DNA of 64,000 nucleotides from Octopus vulgaris (Eukaryota): NCBI GenBank assembly GCA_951406725.2, contig OX597818.1, positions 24,304,001 to 24,368,000 of the forward strand, read 5' to 3'. Shown piece by piece: positions 1 to 12,580 of this stretch (position 1 is its first letter; each line of letters starts with the position of its first letter). The notes under the pieces were generated by a model. It saw only the letters and a program-made list of their open reading frames with translations, ran no database searches and was not told where the DNA came from. The position numbers and the translations under genes were made by a program.

Positions 1-2
1 AG

Positions 3-92
3 GTGAGCAAGATATTATCTACATTGACAATGTAGCTGATGATATCATGACATCCATTTTTGACACAGACAGCAATGAAACAAATTTTCCTG
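3..92 (+). CDS. Candidate internal coding exon (90 nt, phase 1-1) of an unidentified host gene
   Basis: AG at 1-2 and G|GTGAGT donor at 93; open frame (G)EQDIIYIDNVADDIMTSIFDTDSNETNFP(G). The acceptor context lies outside the window. Confidence 0.45.
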
Positions 93-1238
93 GTGAGTGG
101 CTTGTATTTGAAACATGGCCTATTAAATTTCTAAATGAAAATTGTATATTGAAAGTATAAACCTTATATTTCAATTATATTTGGAAAATTGAAATACCTA
201 CTTAAAAAAAATTGAAAATAACATGTTTAAATGTGCTTAATGACATTACTTTACATCGTTACTTTATTATTGCTGCATTATTAAAATTAATATGTAATTA
301 AAACATTTTAAACCTTTCTAGTCTTTCATTACTTACTTCCTGCAAATATAATTTAGTGGGACATAAATTTGTTGACACCATTAATAAAATAGACAGTATT
401 TGTTTATAGTATGAAATCACACTTCCCTTTGTGTGAATTTTCAGATAAAAACAAACATTCCTACCTCTGTCACTTAATTTTCTGATTACTTTTGTAGCAA
501 CAATTCATGAGCAAAATTTTACTGCTTCTAGTTGGACATTAATTGATATAATCTCTGATGTAGGCGGCTGTGCATGGTAACCATTACTTATAAGCATGAT
601 GCAACATGTATCAATATTTGGCCAACAACATGAAATCTACATCCCTAATGCAATCTAGCAAGTGTAATGAAGAGTTAATACCACAATTACAGAAAAATGT
701 AACAACATTATAGTAATTTAAACGCTTCACAAGACATCATTACACTTGGACAATAGATAAAACTCACTTCCAGTTATGCCTTCTCAAATATACACACACA
801 TATTTGGCTGAATCAAAAACATTAATATTTAAGTCTTTTGTATAATGTGCACAGGTAATTTTCAAGTTTAAAAGGGCTTTCTCACCAATGTTTAAATCAG
901 GTTAGACCATGAATCAGTAGAAAAAAAATTTAGCTCTTCTACTGATTATGAAATAGGAGATAACTCTTACAGTCTTTGGGTTAAAAGGGAAGAAGAGTAA
1001 TGGGCAAGAGAAAAATATAATCAACAACTTGATAGATTACAGAATTGTGGGTAGAGGAATACATTGTTGATGGACAGAACATCATAGTACCATCAAAAAT
1101 CTTTACACAAATTAATTAAATGAAGACTGAATATGTACTTAGACAAATGAAATGGAAGGCATGTATCATCAGCAGATATCTTATCTTTTACATGTTTCAG
1201 TCATTAGATTGCAGCCATGTTAGGGCCCCATTTTGCAA

Positions 1239-1350
1239 ATGTTTACAGCACCAAGGTTTCTCAAGTGGTCACCTATCTAAGTACTAGCTAAGCTTGATGT
1301 TACTAAACTTAGGTGACCAGATGAGAACTGGTATTTTCAACGTGATATGA
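1239..1350 (-). pseudogene. Degenerate 5S rRNA copy
   Basis: Plus strand TACAGCACC..GGT..CC.ATC.AAGTACTA...CAGA.GAGA...TTCA..GTG.TATG matches the reverse complement of eukaryotic 5S rRNA, with many substitutions. Confidence 0.75.
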
Positions 1351-1699
1351 ATAAGTTCTGTTTCAAAACCATCAAAAGAACCATGGTGAGATCTGAATAA
1401 GATTCAATATCATAAAAAGAAATGGATGAATAGAACATCAAAACTAGAGAAATCTGTAGTTCAATGCTATTAAAACCCATGACAGCATTGCTACATTTCT
1501 ATTCAATTAATTTCATAAATAACCTAATACTTATGTTTATGGAGTCAAGTATATTTTTGCTATGCCTAATTCTTTTCATTTTATTATTAGGGGTTCTCTA
1601 TAAGGTTATCTTTGTGGTCTTTCAGCATTATGTATGGTTTATATTGATTAAAGTGTTCTACACAGTCTTGTATTTCTAATTGTGTGAAATTCACTAATC

Positions 1700-2140
1700 A
1701 TATCAAATTTCTAAAATGAGTTAAGAGGGGATTTATTATTCCTCCAGAATTCTAATAATCTATTTATGCAGGCTGATAAGACTAAAAAATTGTATGAACT
1801 TGATGCAAATGCATATAGCACACATGAATACATATAAAGTCCACTGCAGGTCCAATACCCAGAGTACAATAAATGATAAGGTAAAAACATTAGCTACACA
1901 ATTAGAAATAGAAGACTGCGATAGAACATCTTAATCAATATAAACCAAACATAATGCTGAAGGACAACAAAGACAACTTTAAAGAGAATCCCCAGTAATC
2001 TAATGAAAAGTGAATTAGACATATACTTGACTCCATAAATTCAAGAATTAGGTGATATATGCCATCATCAATAAGTTTTAATACTATTGAATAGAAAGTT
2101 AACCATAAATTTGTCCAGTTTGATGCTGTGGTATTCCATT
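1700..2140 (+). mobile_element. Penelope-like element RT fragment, decayed
   Basis: Broken frames ADKTKKLYEL, INDKVKTLATQLEIED and LKDNKDNFKENP resemble the PLE RT motifs ADKT..LY and ITLKDHKxNF. Confidence 0.55.
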
Positions 2141-2269
2141 CATCTATCTCTTTCCAGATCTTTCCTTACAATGTGCAGGATAGGTGTTGGAGTAAAGTCC
2201 ATTGAATGTACAATATGCACAAGGTGTATTAATTGAAAATGTAGTGGTATAAGATGGTTATTAATTAAT

Positions 2270-2880
2270 GTGGAAGCTACACTTAAGTGCAAGGTGTATA
2301 TGAAGAGAGTGACATGTGAATAAGAAGAACGCTGGATCTTGGAAATGGCATAAAGATGGAAGTTGCAAAAGCATTTTGTTACCAAGGAGATGTTCAATAG
2401 AGAAGATAGACTGGATTTAGTGGAGGTAGTTAGAGGTGTATAGAAGTTTAGGAACAAAAGAAGAGAGTATCAATAAAACTGAAGAGCAAGTAGTATGCTG
2501 CATGTCTAAGAAGTGCTATGATTTATAGGTGTGAGAGATAAGTAATAAGCATGAAGTAACCAAGAAAAATAGAAATGAGAATGGATCAGCGGATGAGAAG
2601 AGTTTCAGAGAGAGAGAGAGAGAGAGAGAGAGAATTACAGAGAAAGATAAAGAATAAAAGCCAGTGAAGAAAATTGGGCAGCATGGCAGGATGACTGGTT
2701 AAGAGAATTGGTGAAAATAAATGTAGAGAGAAGTAGAGGGAGGGGAAGACCAAGAAAGACATGGCTGAAGATAATGAAAGAGAGGAAATATAAGGTATAG
2801 AGTGAGATGGAAGAGATTGTCATGGATCCACAGAGTTAGCTCCTGCTTTAGTAAGGAAAATGGCTTTTAAAAGCTTGTTG
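2270..2880 (+). mobile_element. RTE-like LINE 3' fragment, decayed, with (GA)n insertion
   Basis: RGRGRPRKTW motif at ~2735-2765, the typical RTE C-terminus; (AG)n at 2608-2633. Confidence 0.55.
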
Positions 2881-3589
2881 TTCTTTTATTATATGCTTGA
2901 CATTTCATAATCAATGGTATTCGACAATGTGATATCAGCTCTCTTGATTTCATGAAGCGAAAAAAAACAATGAAAAATGTGAGATGTGACAGTCATGCTT
3001 TTCTAAAATCATTTGTTATATAACATGAAGTAAAAAGACTATAACTTGAAATAAAAATCCAGCTTCAAACACACTTTCTACTTAGCTTAATATGATTATC
3101 ACAGTGTATTAATGGTATATACTTTATCTCATAAATTTGAAGGAATATCTTGAGTCAATTTGAACAAGGAAGTCCTAAATTTAGTATAATATCTTCCAAC
3201 AAGATTACAGGAAGAGAGCTACAGCTTTTTTATGCCTTGTGAGACATACTTGGAAAGTTGCCAGCATGGGATCATCATGCTGAATAAAGACCCATGACAG
3301 GATAAGACAAGCATTGTTCAAAGCCTTAGTGAAGACTAAAGGAGAGCAAAGGTACCTCAAATTCTTGTGGACTTAAAAAAGATACTGCTGATGGAACATA
3401 CAACATGTCATTGTACCAAGTTTAATTCTGAAACATTGTATGTTATTTAAATGACATTTGATCAACTATTTTATTGGTATTATAAAAGAATTCTTTTTAA
3501 ACAATTCAAGTTATAAAATCAACAAAACACTGCAATGTACATAAAAATTTCCACTGTGTTAATTTTACAGCTTACATGTCACATTATGT

Positions 3590-3720
3590 GCCATAGAAAC
3601 CATGCCAAAACAGAAACTGGAACCTGGGCAGCTCTTCAGTTGGTCAGCTCCTGCTAAACTGTCCAACCCATGCCAGCATGGAAAACAGAGTTTAAATGAT
3701 AATGATGATGATGATGACTA
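3590..3720 (+). mobile_element. RTE/SINE 3' tail fragment
   Basis: GTCCAACCCATGCCAGCATGGAAAAC followed by (GAT)n; same motif as the 3' end of the RTE at 59.7 kb. Confidence 0.8.
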
Positions 3721-5229
3721 TAATTTTTATGATACAAATATATTAAATACATACAAACACACATACAAATTCATACAGTATACACAGCACACACATACAC
3801 ATATATATGTACACATTCACATTGATGTCATAAAATCAAATTAAAAAAACTTGGAAAAATCTAACTTAATAACTCAATCATTTCTAAAAACACAACACAT
3901 TAATTCACTGTTTACATCAGAAAATGACTTGTATTCACATGCAACTTGGCTCTTCTTTGATTGAATTTTTTGTGAAGTTGATTTTTTTACATCTGCAGTG
4001 TTTACATTCCATACTCAAGATAGAAAACATTAACAAGAAGACAAAAACATTTTAATTTCTTTTTTGTTTTGTTCTGCTTCTCTCCATGTTTTCCTGTTTC
4101 TTTCTACAAATTATTATTTTTTTATTGGACTGGAAACATTGTTTCTCTTGTACACATCCACATGTGACTTTGCTAACCAAATATTTCCGTGCCAACCTAA
4201 CCACATTTTCTGTCAGAATTGGTTCACTGCGCTTTATTAACTGTCTCCTGTTTATATACATGTACCCATTCGTACATGTATGTGTCTTTGTATGCACAGT
4301 CACAAATCAGTGCTGCTGGTAACATATGATCCAATATAAACTGTATTTCTGGATGGGTGCTCAGCGACTAAACATGCTCCCCTGTCAGGAATATCTAGTG
4401 AGGAGGATTCACTAGAAATCAAGCAGGAGAAATACATGACCTGTCATAAGGTAGAAGAATTCAGGGAAAGATCAACAACAATCAAATAACAAACCATAGT
4501 GACATGAGGTGGTAAATGAGTGAGCTTTAAGACCACTTGGAAGTGATGGATCCCTAGTTCTACCTAGAACATTCAGCTAAGAGATAGAAAATCCCAAATT
4601 TTAAACCCTCCCGATTTTGTTGGTTGCCATAGTTGGCAAAGATTGGGAGAAGGAAACTCTGATATAAAACCTGCAGTTGATAGTTCCGACAATCATCTTG
4701 ATCATTTCTTGTCACTGGAATATGGTAGCTAATGCTTAGAGTGTGATACTTGTATTGTACAAGTGTCTATAATCTCTACAAGGTGCTGGTGTTTCCAAAC
4801 ACTACAGTATATTATGTCTTTCATAACTAGCATTATCCAGTATCAAAGTATTTTATGAAGAATAAAAGAAAGTAACCAGTTTTATTGAAACTGGTCTGTT
4901 AAAGGTTTTAGGTGATAAGTGTGTGGTGATGTATGCAGACTTAGTGAGTTATAAGCATGGTCAAAAACCTGCCCATTAGGTATGAACAAGATTTCTCTTA
5001 ACACGTTTCTCCAATCTTGGCAATCAGAAGAATTATGTAGAATCCCTTATAACTGAGAAACCTTATTTAAGAAAGGCACTGCTCACTCAGTTACTAGTGT
5101 AAGGACTAGAAAAGGTGCCCCAAACACTGCTGTTATACAAGCTGGTCAGTTCACTATGACTGTGATTAACAGCTATTAATTTAACAGGAGCAACAAATAT
5201 AAGATGCAAGAACAAGTAAGCAAAGTACA

Positions 5230-6560
5230 CATCAACAAATGTAATACTAGAATGTGTGAACCCTACTAGAAGATGAATAATCCAGCAGATCTGAGCACCG
5301 CACTGTTTTTGTTGTAGCAGAGCATGACTAATATTGCTGCCTTTTTTGAGATACGATTGTCAGGAGAATCTTGTTAATTAACTGAAATGGATTGTGGCTA
5401 CAGTTTCTTTTCTGTTAGCAAGCCAACAGATGAAGAACATTTGTGATGTGGTCAGGAAGAGCCCAGCTGATAGGTTAGATCAACTCTGCTTGCTAGTGTC
5501 TTATGGGTACCTTTATTCTCTGTGTTTGCACCAACTCTTCATTCACAAGGAAAAAGTCTCCTAGAAAATCATAGCAATGCCAATTTTTCCACAGTGATTA
5601 GCAAGAAGATAATCCTACATGGTGACTTTAACGCCAGGGTAGGTTGTGACTGCAACACATGGTCTAATTTGGGACAACACAGCATAGGGAAAATGGATAG
5701 TACCAATTTACATTTACTATAGCTGTTATAAGCTAGGTCTTGTGTAGGTAAAAACACTCTTCCACCTAAAACTTAGGTATAAAGTTATCTGGAGAAATAC
5801 TCAGCTGAAACAAGGCCATCTTATTGACTGTCATATTTAACCACAGCACTTGTGTTCTCTGTAGCATTAAAAGTTTGCATGGGGCTAGCTTCATAGTACT
5901 AGCAAAGCTGAAAATATTTACAATGAATAACATGAAGGGTCCAAATGGCTGAATGTCGGGAAATTCTAAGTCCCACCTGTAGCTTTTCATGAAGCTCTTA
6001 TAAATTCATTGAGTGATTGTTCACAGACAGACTTCAAACAAAAAGTTTATGCCACTTCTGTCAATATTTTGGGTTTCAGGGCACACAGACACAAACATTG
6101 ATTCTTTGAAAACAATTCACAAATATCTGAGCTTCTAGGCATCAGGCAAAAATTATGCCAGAAATTCTTCAATTTAAATTTGTCTTGAAAGGAACATTTT
6201 CAGACAGAAGAATTACTGAAACACCAAAAATAACTTTACAGAGAGAACTGAGGGTACTGAAAAATGCATGGTGGCTGAATATATCTGAATATTTAAGTGA
6301 ACTTTGATAAAAGAGTACAATTTGTTGAAACAAATATTTGCTTCTTGTCATTCAACTATTGGTCTTCTCCATTCCAAAGATGGATCTACTTTAATCAGTG
6401 ATATTGAAGGTTTTCTGGGCAGAGCATTTCACAAATATTTTTCATAAACCATCTCCAATAGATGAGGCAGTCATAGAAAACTTACTGCAGCATTATGTTA
6501 TTTAAAAACAGTATAATAATCTATATATAGAGAAAGTCAACTAAGGAAAAATTTCAAGAG
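5230..6560 (+). mobile_element. Old RTE/BovB-like LINE remnant (endonuclease region)
   Basis: ILHGDFNARVG...W..LGQHSIGKMD, an APE endonuclease motif, in ORF 5522-5722; many stops. Confidence 0.6.
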
Positions 6561-6981
6561 CTTAGAGATACCTAACATCTAACTTCATTTATCTCCCAGA
6601 AAATACTTTCTTTGCCCATATTGTATAAATAATATGTAACTTTAAGGAAACTTCCACCACATATAAAATAAAGGTGACCACTACCAAAATTCATGTGCTT
6701 AACATGACTTTCAACAAGACATAATATAATTCTAAGTATTTAGATATTTGAAACCTATAATTTGTTTTTATGATTTTGTTGCTTGATTAAAGCTCTTTAC
6801 TGTTTTCATTACACCAATAAAATATTTAAATGCTTTTGCAATCATAAAATGTTGGCGATATGAGAAAAACAAATTAGGTTTTTTTTAAGCTATAAAATCA
6901 ACTAATTTAAGCTATAAAATCAACTAAATACATTGTAGGTTTCTATTCAATAAAAAGAGTGTAACCTGTGTAAGTAAATAG

Positions 6982-7460
6982 ACAAGTAGTGACAAGAGGT
7001 GGGGATAAATGAAGATTAATTCAAAATTTCTTGCTGTACTAGCATAGTAAAATGGACATAAAAATACACTAAAATGAACTGCAGGGGGCAGATTAAATAG
7101 TAGCACTATTCTATAAGGAAGGAGCAAGCTTGTGCAGATGTATATAAAAGTCAACTATGTTGGAACCTTCATAAGAAGCTCCCACACAATCTAGTAAGAA
7201 AGAGAAAGATCACTGCAATATTAGAAAAGGTATAGGAACAGAAAAATAACAAATCTCTGTAGTTTGATCTGAGCATCTTTCCCTCTGCAGCCAAAATCAG
7301 TAAGTTAACTTTTATTTATATCTGAATTCAACTTCAGTTAAAGCAATCATTTTTTTTCTCAGCAATTCATCACAAACATCTACATTTTATTCAGTGATGT
7401 AACAACAAGAACAATAAAAAACAAACAAAAAAATGAGGTAATGTTTAGCTAGTCTGAAAT
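6982..7460 (+). promoter_or_regulatory. Putative promoter and two non-coding 5' exons, copy A (TATA 7141; donor 7300; 63-nt intron; exon 7363-7437; donor 7438)
   Basis: GCAGATGTATATAAAA TATA box, CA|GTAAGT donor, TTTTTTTCTCAG acceptor and ATGAG|GTAAT donor. All are conserved in the paralogous block at 41170-41590. Confidence 0.6.
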
Positions 7461-7576
7461 TTGAAAGAAAATAGAAAAACAAATTCAGTAAATGGAGATC
7501 CTAGATTATGTGACTATCTCATTTTATAGCTTAACATTATCTAAATTACAAATATATAGTTTTTTTGAGTAGGGGC

Positions 7577-7737
7577 AGCCATAAACAAATTGCATGTAAA
7601 TATTAAGTTGATAAACCCTTTTGGACAGAAGTCAAAGGCTGTCTATGGAACTTGACTCCATATATCTTGTAGATATGACACGTGTTCTATCCAAAAGGGT
7701 TTTCCAACACAATATTTACATGCTATTATTTATAGCT
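7577..7737. repeat. Imperfect inverted repeat / small MITE-like element (~52-bp arms)
   Basis: GCATGTAAATATTAAGTTGATAAACCCTTTTGGACAGAA pairs with TTCTATCCAAAAGGGTTTTCCAACACAATATTTACATGC. Confidence 0.65.
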
Positions 7738-7939
7738 CTATGTGTTTCAAAGAAGAATAATTTTACACCCTCTTGTAAGTTTATAAAATTCTTATAAAAT
7801 AAAATATATCTTTGTTTAAAATATGTAATGAAAAAGTAATTTTATGTTTTGTTACATAACAGTTATATGTTCATTCAGTTTCCCCGATTAATAATTTCTA
7901 AATATAATTTAGTTGATTTTTAATGAGTTATGGAAATAT

Positions 7940-8006
<67 letters not shown>

Positions 8007-8012
8007 TATATA

Positions 8013-8593
8013 TCATCATCATTGTTTAACGTCAGCTTTCCATGCTAGTATAGGTTGGACGATTTGACTGAGGACTGGCGAACCAGATGGCTGCACCAGG
8101 CTCCAATCTGCTCTGGCAGAGTTTCTACAGCTGGATGCCCTTCCTAACGCCAACCACTCCGAGAGTGTAGTGTGTGCTTTTACATACCACCGGCACGAAG
8201 GCCAGTCAGGTGGTACTGGCAACGACCACACTCAAATGGTGTTTTTTACATGCCACCTGCACAAGAGCCAGTCCAGCAACACTGGCAACGATCTCACTCA
8301 AATTTTTTTTCACATGCTACCGACACAAGTGCCAGTAAGGCGATGCTAGTAACAATCACGCTTGAATGGTGCTTTTTATGCACCACCGGCACAGAAGTCC
8401 GTCAGTTGCTCTGGCAATGATCACGCCCAGATGGTGCTCCTGGCGCTCCACTAGCATGGATGCCAGTCATCGAATTTGATTTCAATTTCAATTTCACTTG
8501 CCTCAACAGGTCTTCGCAAGCAGAGTTTAGTGTCCAATGAAGGAAAGGTACATATAAGTGGGCTGGTTACATCCCTGGCATAGGCCACAAGGT
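8013..8593 (-). mobile_element. 5'-truncated RTE LINE 3' UTR
   Basis: Reverse complement matches 59140-59750 (the TGAGGCAAGTGA motif, GCACC repeat units and (GAT)n tail). Confidence 0.8.
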
Positions 8594-9005
8594 TACCGCT
8601 GCTGTAGTCTCCTTTAGAGAGTCTTAGAAATTTTATTATTTCTATTTTTGAAAACCAGTGGATGTATTCCACTGAAATTAGGTAAATAATCCTTCGAACA
8701 GATGGTCGGCAGCGATGCCTACTGGGTCTGGCTACTCTGCATTGATAAAGGGCAAATACCCTGAAACATGTCTGCAGATGTTTGACCAGCAAGGGAAGCG
8801 GCTGACCTCCCCTGTTCGAAGGTTATAATGGACGCAGGTTCGTATGTCATATAGCTAGCTAGAGGCAATGGCCTCTTGGAGCTAACCAACGGCAGCTTAA
8901 ATCTTATATTTATGGACTGCCATATTAGCTTGGCAATAACTGTTAATTTCCAGTACCGCTGCTGTAGTTTCCTTTAGAGAGACTTAGAAATTTTAATATT
9001 TCTAT
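8594..9005 (+). mobile_element. 360-bp unit with 52-bp terminal direct repeat and internal hammerhead motif (Penelope pLTR / retrozyme-like)
   Basis: 8594-8645 is repeated at 8954-9005; hammerhead-like motif at 8736-8778; followed by (TA)n. Confidence 0.6.
8736..8778 (+). ncRNA. Minimal type I hammerhead ribozyme, degenerate core
   Basis: TCTGCA-TTGATAA-AGGG CAAATA CCCT-GAAA-CATG-TC-TGCAGA: stem I, core with 2 changes from CUGAUGA, stem II, GAAA, palindromic ACATGT, GUC site. Confidence 0.55.
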
Positions 9006-9007
9006 AG

Positions 9008-9043
<36 letters not shown>

Positions 9044-9499
9044 TGGAGAATATATTCACATATCTGTTTAAGTGTTTGTGTCTGCGATAGTACACATAAA
9101 GGAATAGAGTACAGAGTAAAACATAAGCCAATAGACACACATACATGCACACACATACATACATACAAGTAAAATGTCCATACTAAAACAGTCAAACATC
9201 AACATTGTGCAGCTAGAATTCTTACAATTGTTCCAAAAGTTTAACTTCTCTATTTCTAAGTATCTCTCCTAACCAAAACATGTCATTAACATTAAGATGA
9301 CATTCCAATAACTGCCCCTTCTCCTCAGGATCAGAAGATACTTTAGCCACTAACAAATATCGATGCTTTTACAAAGTACAAGTGAAGACCATGATGAAAT
9401 GTTACTCTCACATTGGGATGCTACTGCTGCTGCTGCACACATACATTCCAGACTGCATTCAGAAAAGTTAATTAGCTAGTTAATTTTTTGGCTCAAAAG

Positions 9500-10185
9500 G
9501 CAAAAAGCAAGGCCATGTGGGGGGGACATGGAGTAATGTACAGGGTGGTGTTCATGTAAAGAGTTCAGGCCATTTCTGGTCAAGGGAGACTTTGAACCGA
9601 GCGGTCGTCGGCATCTTATTCCACGGATCCGCAACCCGGACGGAGAAAGCCCCTCTCCTTCGATTGAGATGAAATCGTCGCAGATAGAGCTTTTCGGAAT
9701 GACCCTGCAGCCGATGCTCTGGAGCAGGAGTGACGAACAGCTCTTTCGAGAGGTTACACTTTCCGCTTATGATGTTGTGAGCAAGAATGAGATCACCACG
9801 GCGGCGGCGTTTTTCTAGAGAATAAAGGTCAAGCATCTTCAGCCTTTCTTCATAAGACAAATTCTTGAGACCAAGAACCATGCGGGTAGCCAGCTTCTGG
9901 ACTCTTTCGAGATGCTGTATGTCTTTGAGGAGATAAGGAGAAGAGGCTTGAATCCCGTACTCCAATATGGGTCTCACCAGCGTGACATAGAGCGGTAGGA
10001 ATATGGCTGCTGTGAGCATTCCAAATGACCGTCGAATCAAGAACAGAACTCCGCATGCTTTGTTGGCAGCATGGATGCAATGGGCCGAAGGCGAAAAGGA
10101 GGAATCCACCAAGATACCCAGGTCCTTTACCTGATCGGTCCTCTCCAGCAGCAGACGACCTGGCTCGAAATCAGGATTGCCTAAC
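9500..10185 (-). mobile_element. CR1-clade LINE 3' fragment
   Basis: ORF 9552-10112 contains LYVTLVRPILEY, LERVQKLATRM and YEERLKMLDLYSLEKRRRRGDLI. Confidence 0.85.
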
Positions 10186-11290
10186 TGATTGCATAGTCAC
10201 TGACATATATACTCCAGCCTCTAGCCCACAGACACACTGTTGTCTCTCTCTGTCATCTTTCTATTTCAACTGCTAAAGTTGGTCTAGGAAGCTGTTAATA
10301 CGAACATCAGGGTAATAGATAAGCAATCTTGGAATTCTAGAACAATGGCAATCAATGTAGGGACTGTGGTTGAAGGAATTTATTGAATGCAACATATGTA
10401 TAGCATACATATACCTAGTTTTAAAAAGGTAAGTGAAATTCCTACAGCAAATGATCTCATTTGAAAGTCACAAAGATCAGTGGTTCTGCCAGTGTACAGG
10501 GCTTTTAATTTCTAGTTTACTGAATGGTAGTCTCCAAGCATTTATGCCTCGATCCCTACTATGTGAACAGCACTCAGTGTTGGCAATCATATTACTTATT
10601 AAGAGAAGAGTGAGAAAAGGCTTGGCTTGAGTAGAAATCTCAACAGAAATGTTGGAAGTAGAAATGACAGCAGTAGTATAAAGGTGAAAGTACTCACTGG
10701 TTGCCAATGTATAAGAGATGATAAGAACACGAACATATATACTTTTATTTTTAACAAATGCCAGCATGAATACTTGAAGTAAAGATATCAATATTGATGG
10801 CAATCATTGATGTGATAGTAGTATCAATTTTTCTTTTTGTTTTCTGATGCAATTCAAAGTCACTTTGCTAAAACCATTAGTTTTCTCTTCATTATCAATT
10901 TTTATTGCTTTTTACTCTTTTTATATTTCCCGTCTTGCATAAAGACAAGACTTCTCATTAAACCCTCATTTCTATTAAATATCTTACACCTCAACTTCAT
11001 ATCCATGTTAGGTAAAGAAATATTGCTTTGGAAGGTATTCACATGGCAATTTATAACAATAACCATAAAATATATCATGTAATAAGTTCTCTTCATTTCC
11101 TAATAGCAGAAAGCAAGCTTTTGACATGAAATGTTATGTTAATATAAAAACATATACAACAGAACATGAATAAATTTTTATCTTTCTGGTTGAATAATTT
11201 AGAATGATATAATGTAATAGTTATTTAATGATAGTCAGTAAAATACATACATTTCTTTTGTGATCTTTCCAGTTCTTACCAAAATACAAC

Positions 11291-11554
11291 ATGAAGCAGT
11301 ATTTGAGCAACCAGTTAATAATTGTTGCCTTCTGTTTTATTGGAGTGACATTGTCTGCAGAATTTCCAGAAGTTGTAGGAAATCCTGCTGTTGAATCTCA
11401 AAACTATGCATTTATGAGTCAATCAAATGGATATCAACGCAGAATACCATCTCATCCCTTACGAATTCGAAGAAATGGTAAGGAGCCCAAGTTCACGGAT
11501 CCATGTTTTGAGAATTTTGAAGTATCACATCCATTCCCTCATAAGAAACATTAA
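11291..11554 (+). CDS. 87-aa secreted prepropeptide-like protein, no recognised family
   Basis: Acceptor TGATCTTTCCAG at 11272; AACATGA start; hydrophobic signal peptide ending TLSA (aa 23); RR (50-51) and RIRR (58-61); AATAAA at 11648; two homologous decayed copies downstream. Confidence 0.7.
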   Translation: MKQYLSNQLIIVAFCFIGVTLSAEFPEVVGNPAVESQNYAFMSQSNGYQRRIPSHPLRIRRNGKEPKFTDPCFENFEVSHPFPHKKH

Positions 11555-11739
11555 TGAAAAATGCAAATTTTTAAAGAATTGTCAATATCTCTATATTTTT
11601 CCTATTTCTTCAAATGATATACACTTGAATCTGATAGTTTTGCATAAAATAAAGTTACCATAGCTCTATGAAAATTTGTCTTATTCCTACAGTGGCTGTA
11701 AGGCTATGGTCTTATTGATTCATGTTATATTGCATATGA

Positions 11740-12170
11740 AGGTGCTGACATAGCTGCAGGGTTAAAAAGTTTGCTTCCTGACCATGTGGTTTTAGGTTCA
11801 GTCCCACTGTGAGGCATCTTGGGCAAATGTTTTCTACTATAGCCCCTGGTAAACCAAAGCCTTATGAGTGGATCTGGTGAATGGAAACTAAAAGCTAATT
11901 GTGTGTGTGTGTGTGCATACACACACACATACATACATACATATGCCCTTGTCTTGACATCATGTGATGGGTGTACGTCAGCATGTTGTTCATTTTCAGT
12001 CTTCTGTGAAGTATATGTTTGGCTATGGGAATATTACTTTGCATGGAAACATTTGAGGGTTGGCAACAAGAAGGTCATAAAAACATAGAAAATCTGTTTC
12101 AACAAATTCCATCTGACCCATGAAACATGGAAAAGTGGACATTAAATGATAATGATGATGCTGATGATGA
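11740..12170 (+). mobile_element. tRNA-derived SINE with RTE-type 3' tail
   Basis: A-box/B-box head (GGTTCAGTCCCAC), CTTGGGCAAATG core, (GAT)n tail. Confidence 0.75.
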
Positions 12171-12309
12171 AGAGCATCATCCTTTGTCATAAGTTACTAA
12201 GAGACTTAGCTGTAGGCCTTAATAAAGTATATAATCAAGAAAAAGCTTCACAGTTATGTGCAAAAGCGCTTTCACAGCATAATATACTTACTAATGTGTG
12301 TGTGTGTGT

Positions 12310-12580
12310 GTGTATGGTTAGGATAATGGATTTACAATTGCAAGACTGTGGTTTCAATTCTTAGACCAGGTAGTGTACCGTGTTCTTGACCAAAACACTT
12401 CATCTCACATTGTTCGATATCTGATGTATGGCATACTGTGCACATGTTCAGGCAATGTCGATTTGATGGACGGAGTGAGCTAATGTACAGCACATACATT
12501 TGATTGTTATAAACAAATCATTTGTGCTGGTTATTTGGTAAAAGCTGAATGCTCATCTGTCATCTTCCACAGGAGAGTCC
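12310..12580 (+). mobile_element. tRNA-derived SINE, second family
   Basis: GGTTTCAATTC B-box and GTGTTCTTGA..AAAACACTT; paralogous to 25737-26010. Confidence 0.65.

Noticed and set aside
1239-1350. Functional 5S rRNA gene
   Set aside because: Heavily substituted, 5'-truncated and solitary.
4350-4430. HDV-like ribozyme at the 5' end of the old RTE remnant (also sought at 55.2-55.9 kb)
   Set aside because: I could not assign the nested double pseudoknot by eye.
11475-11485. Splice-donor-like AATG|GTAAGG inside the peptide ORF
   Set aside because: The frame stays open to a stop, an AATAAA follows, and the downstream sequence is conserved in paralogs. A single terminal exon is simpler, although alternative splicing is not excluded.
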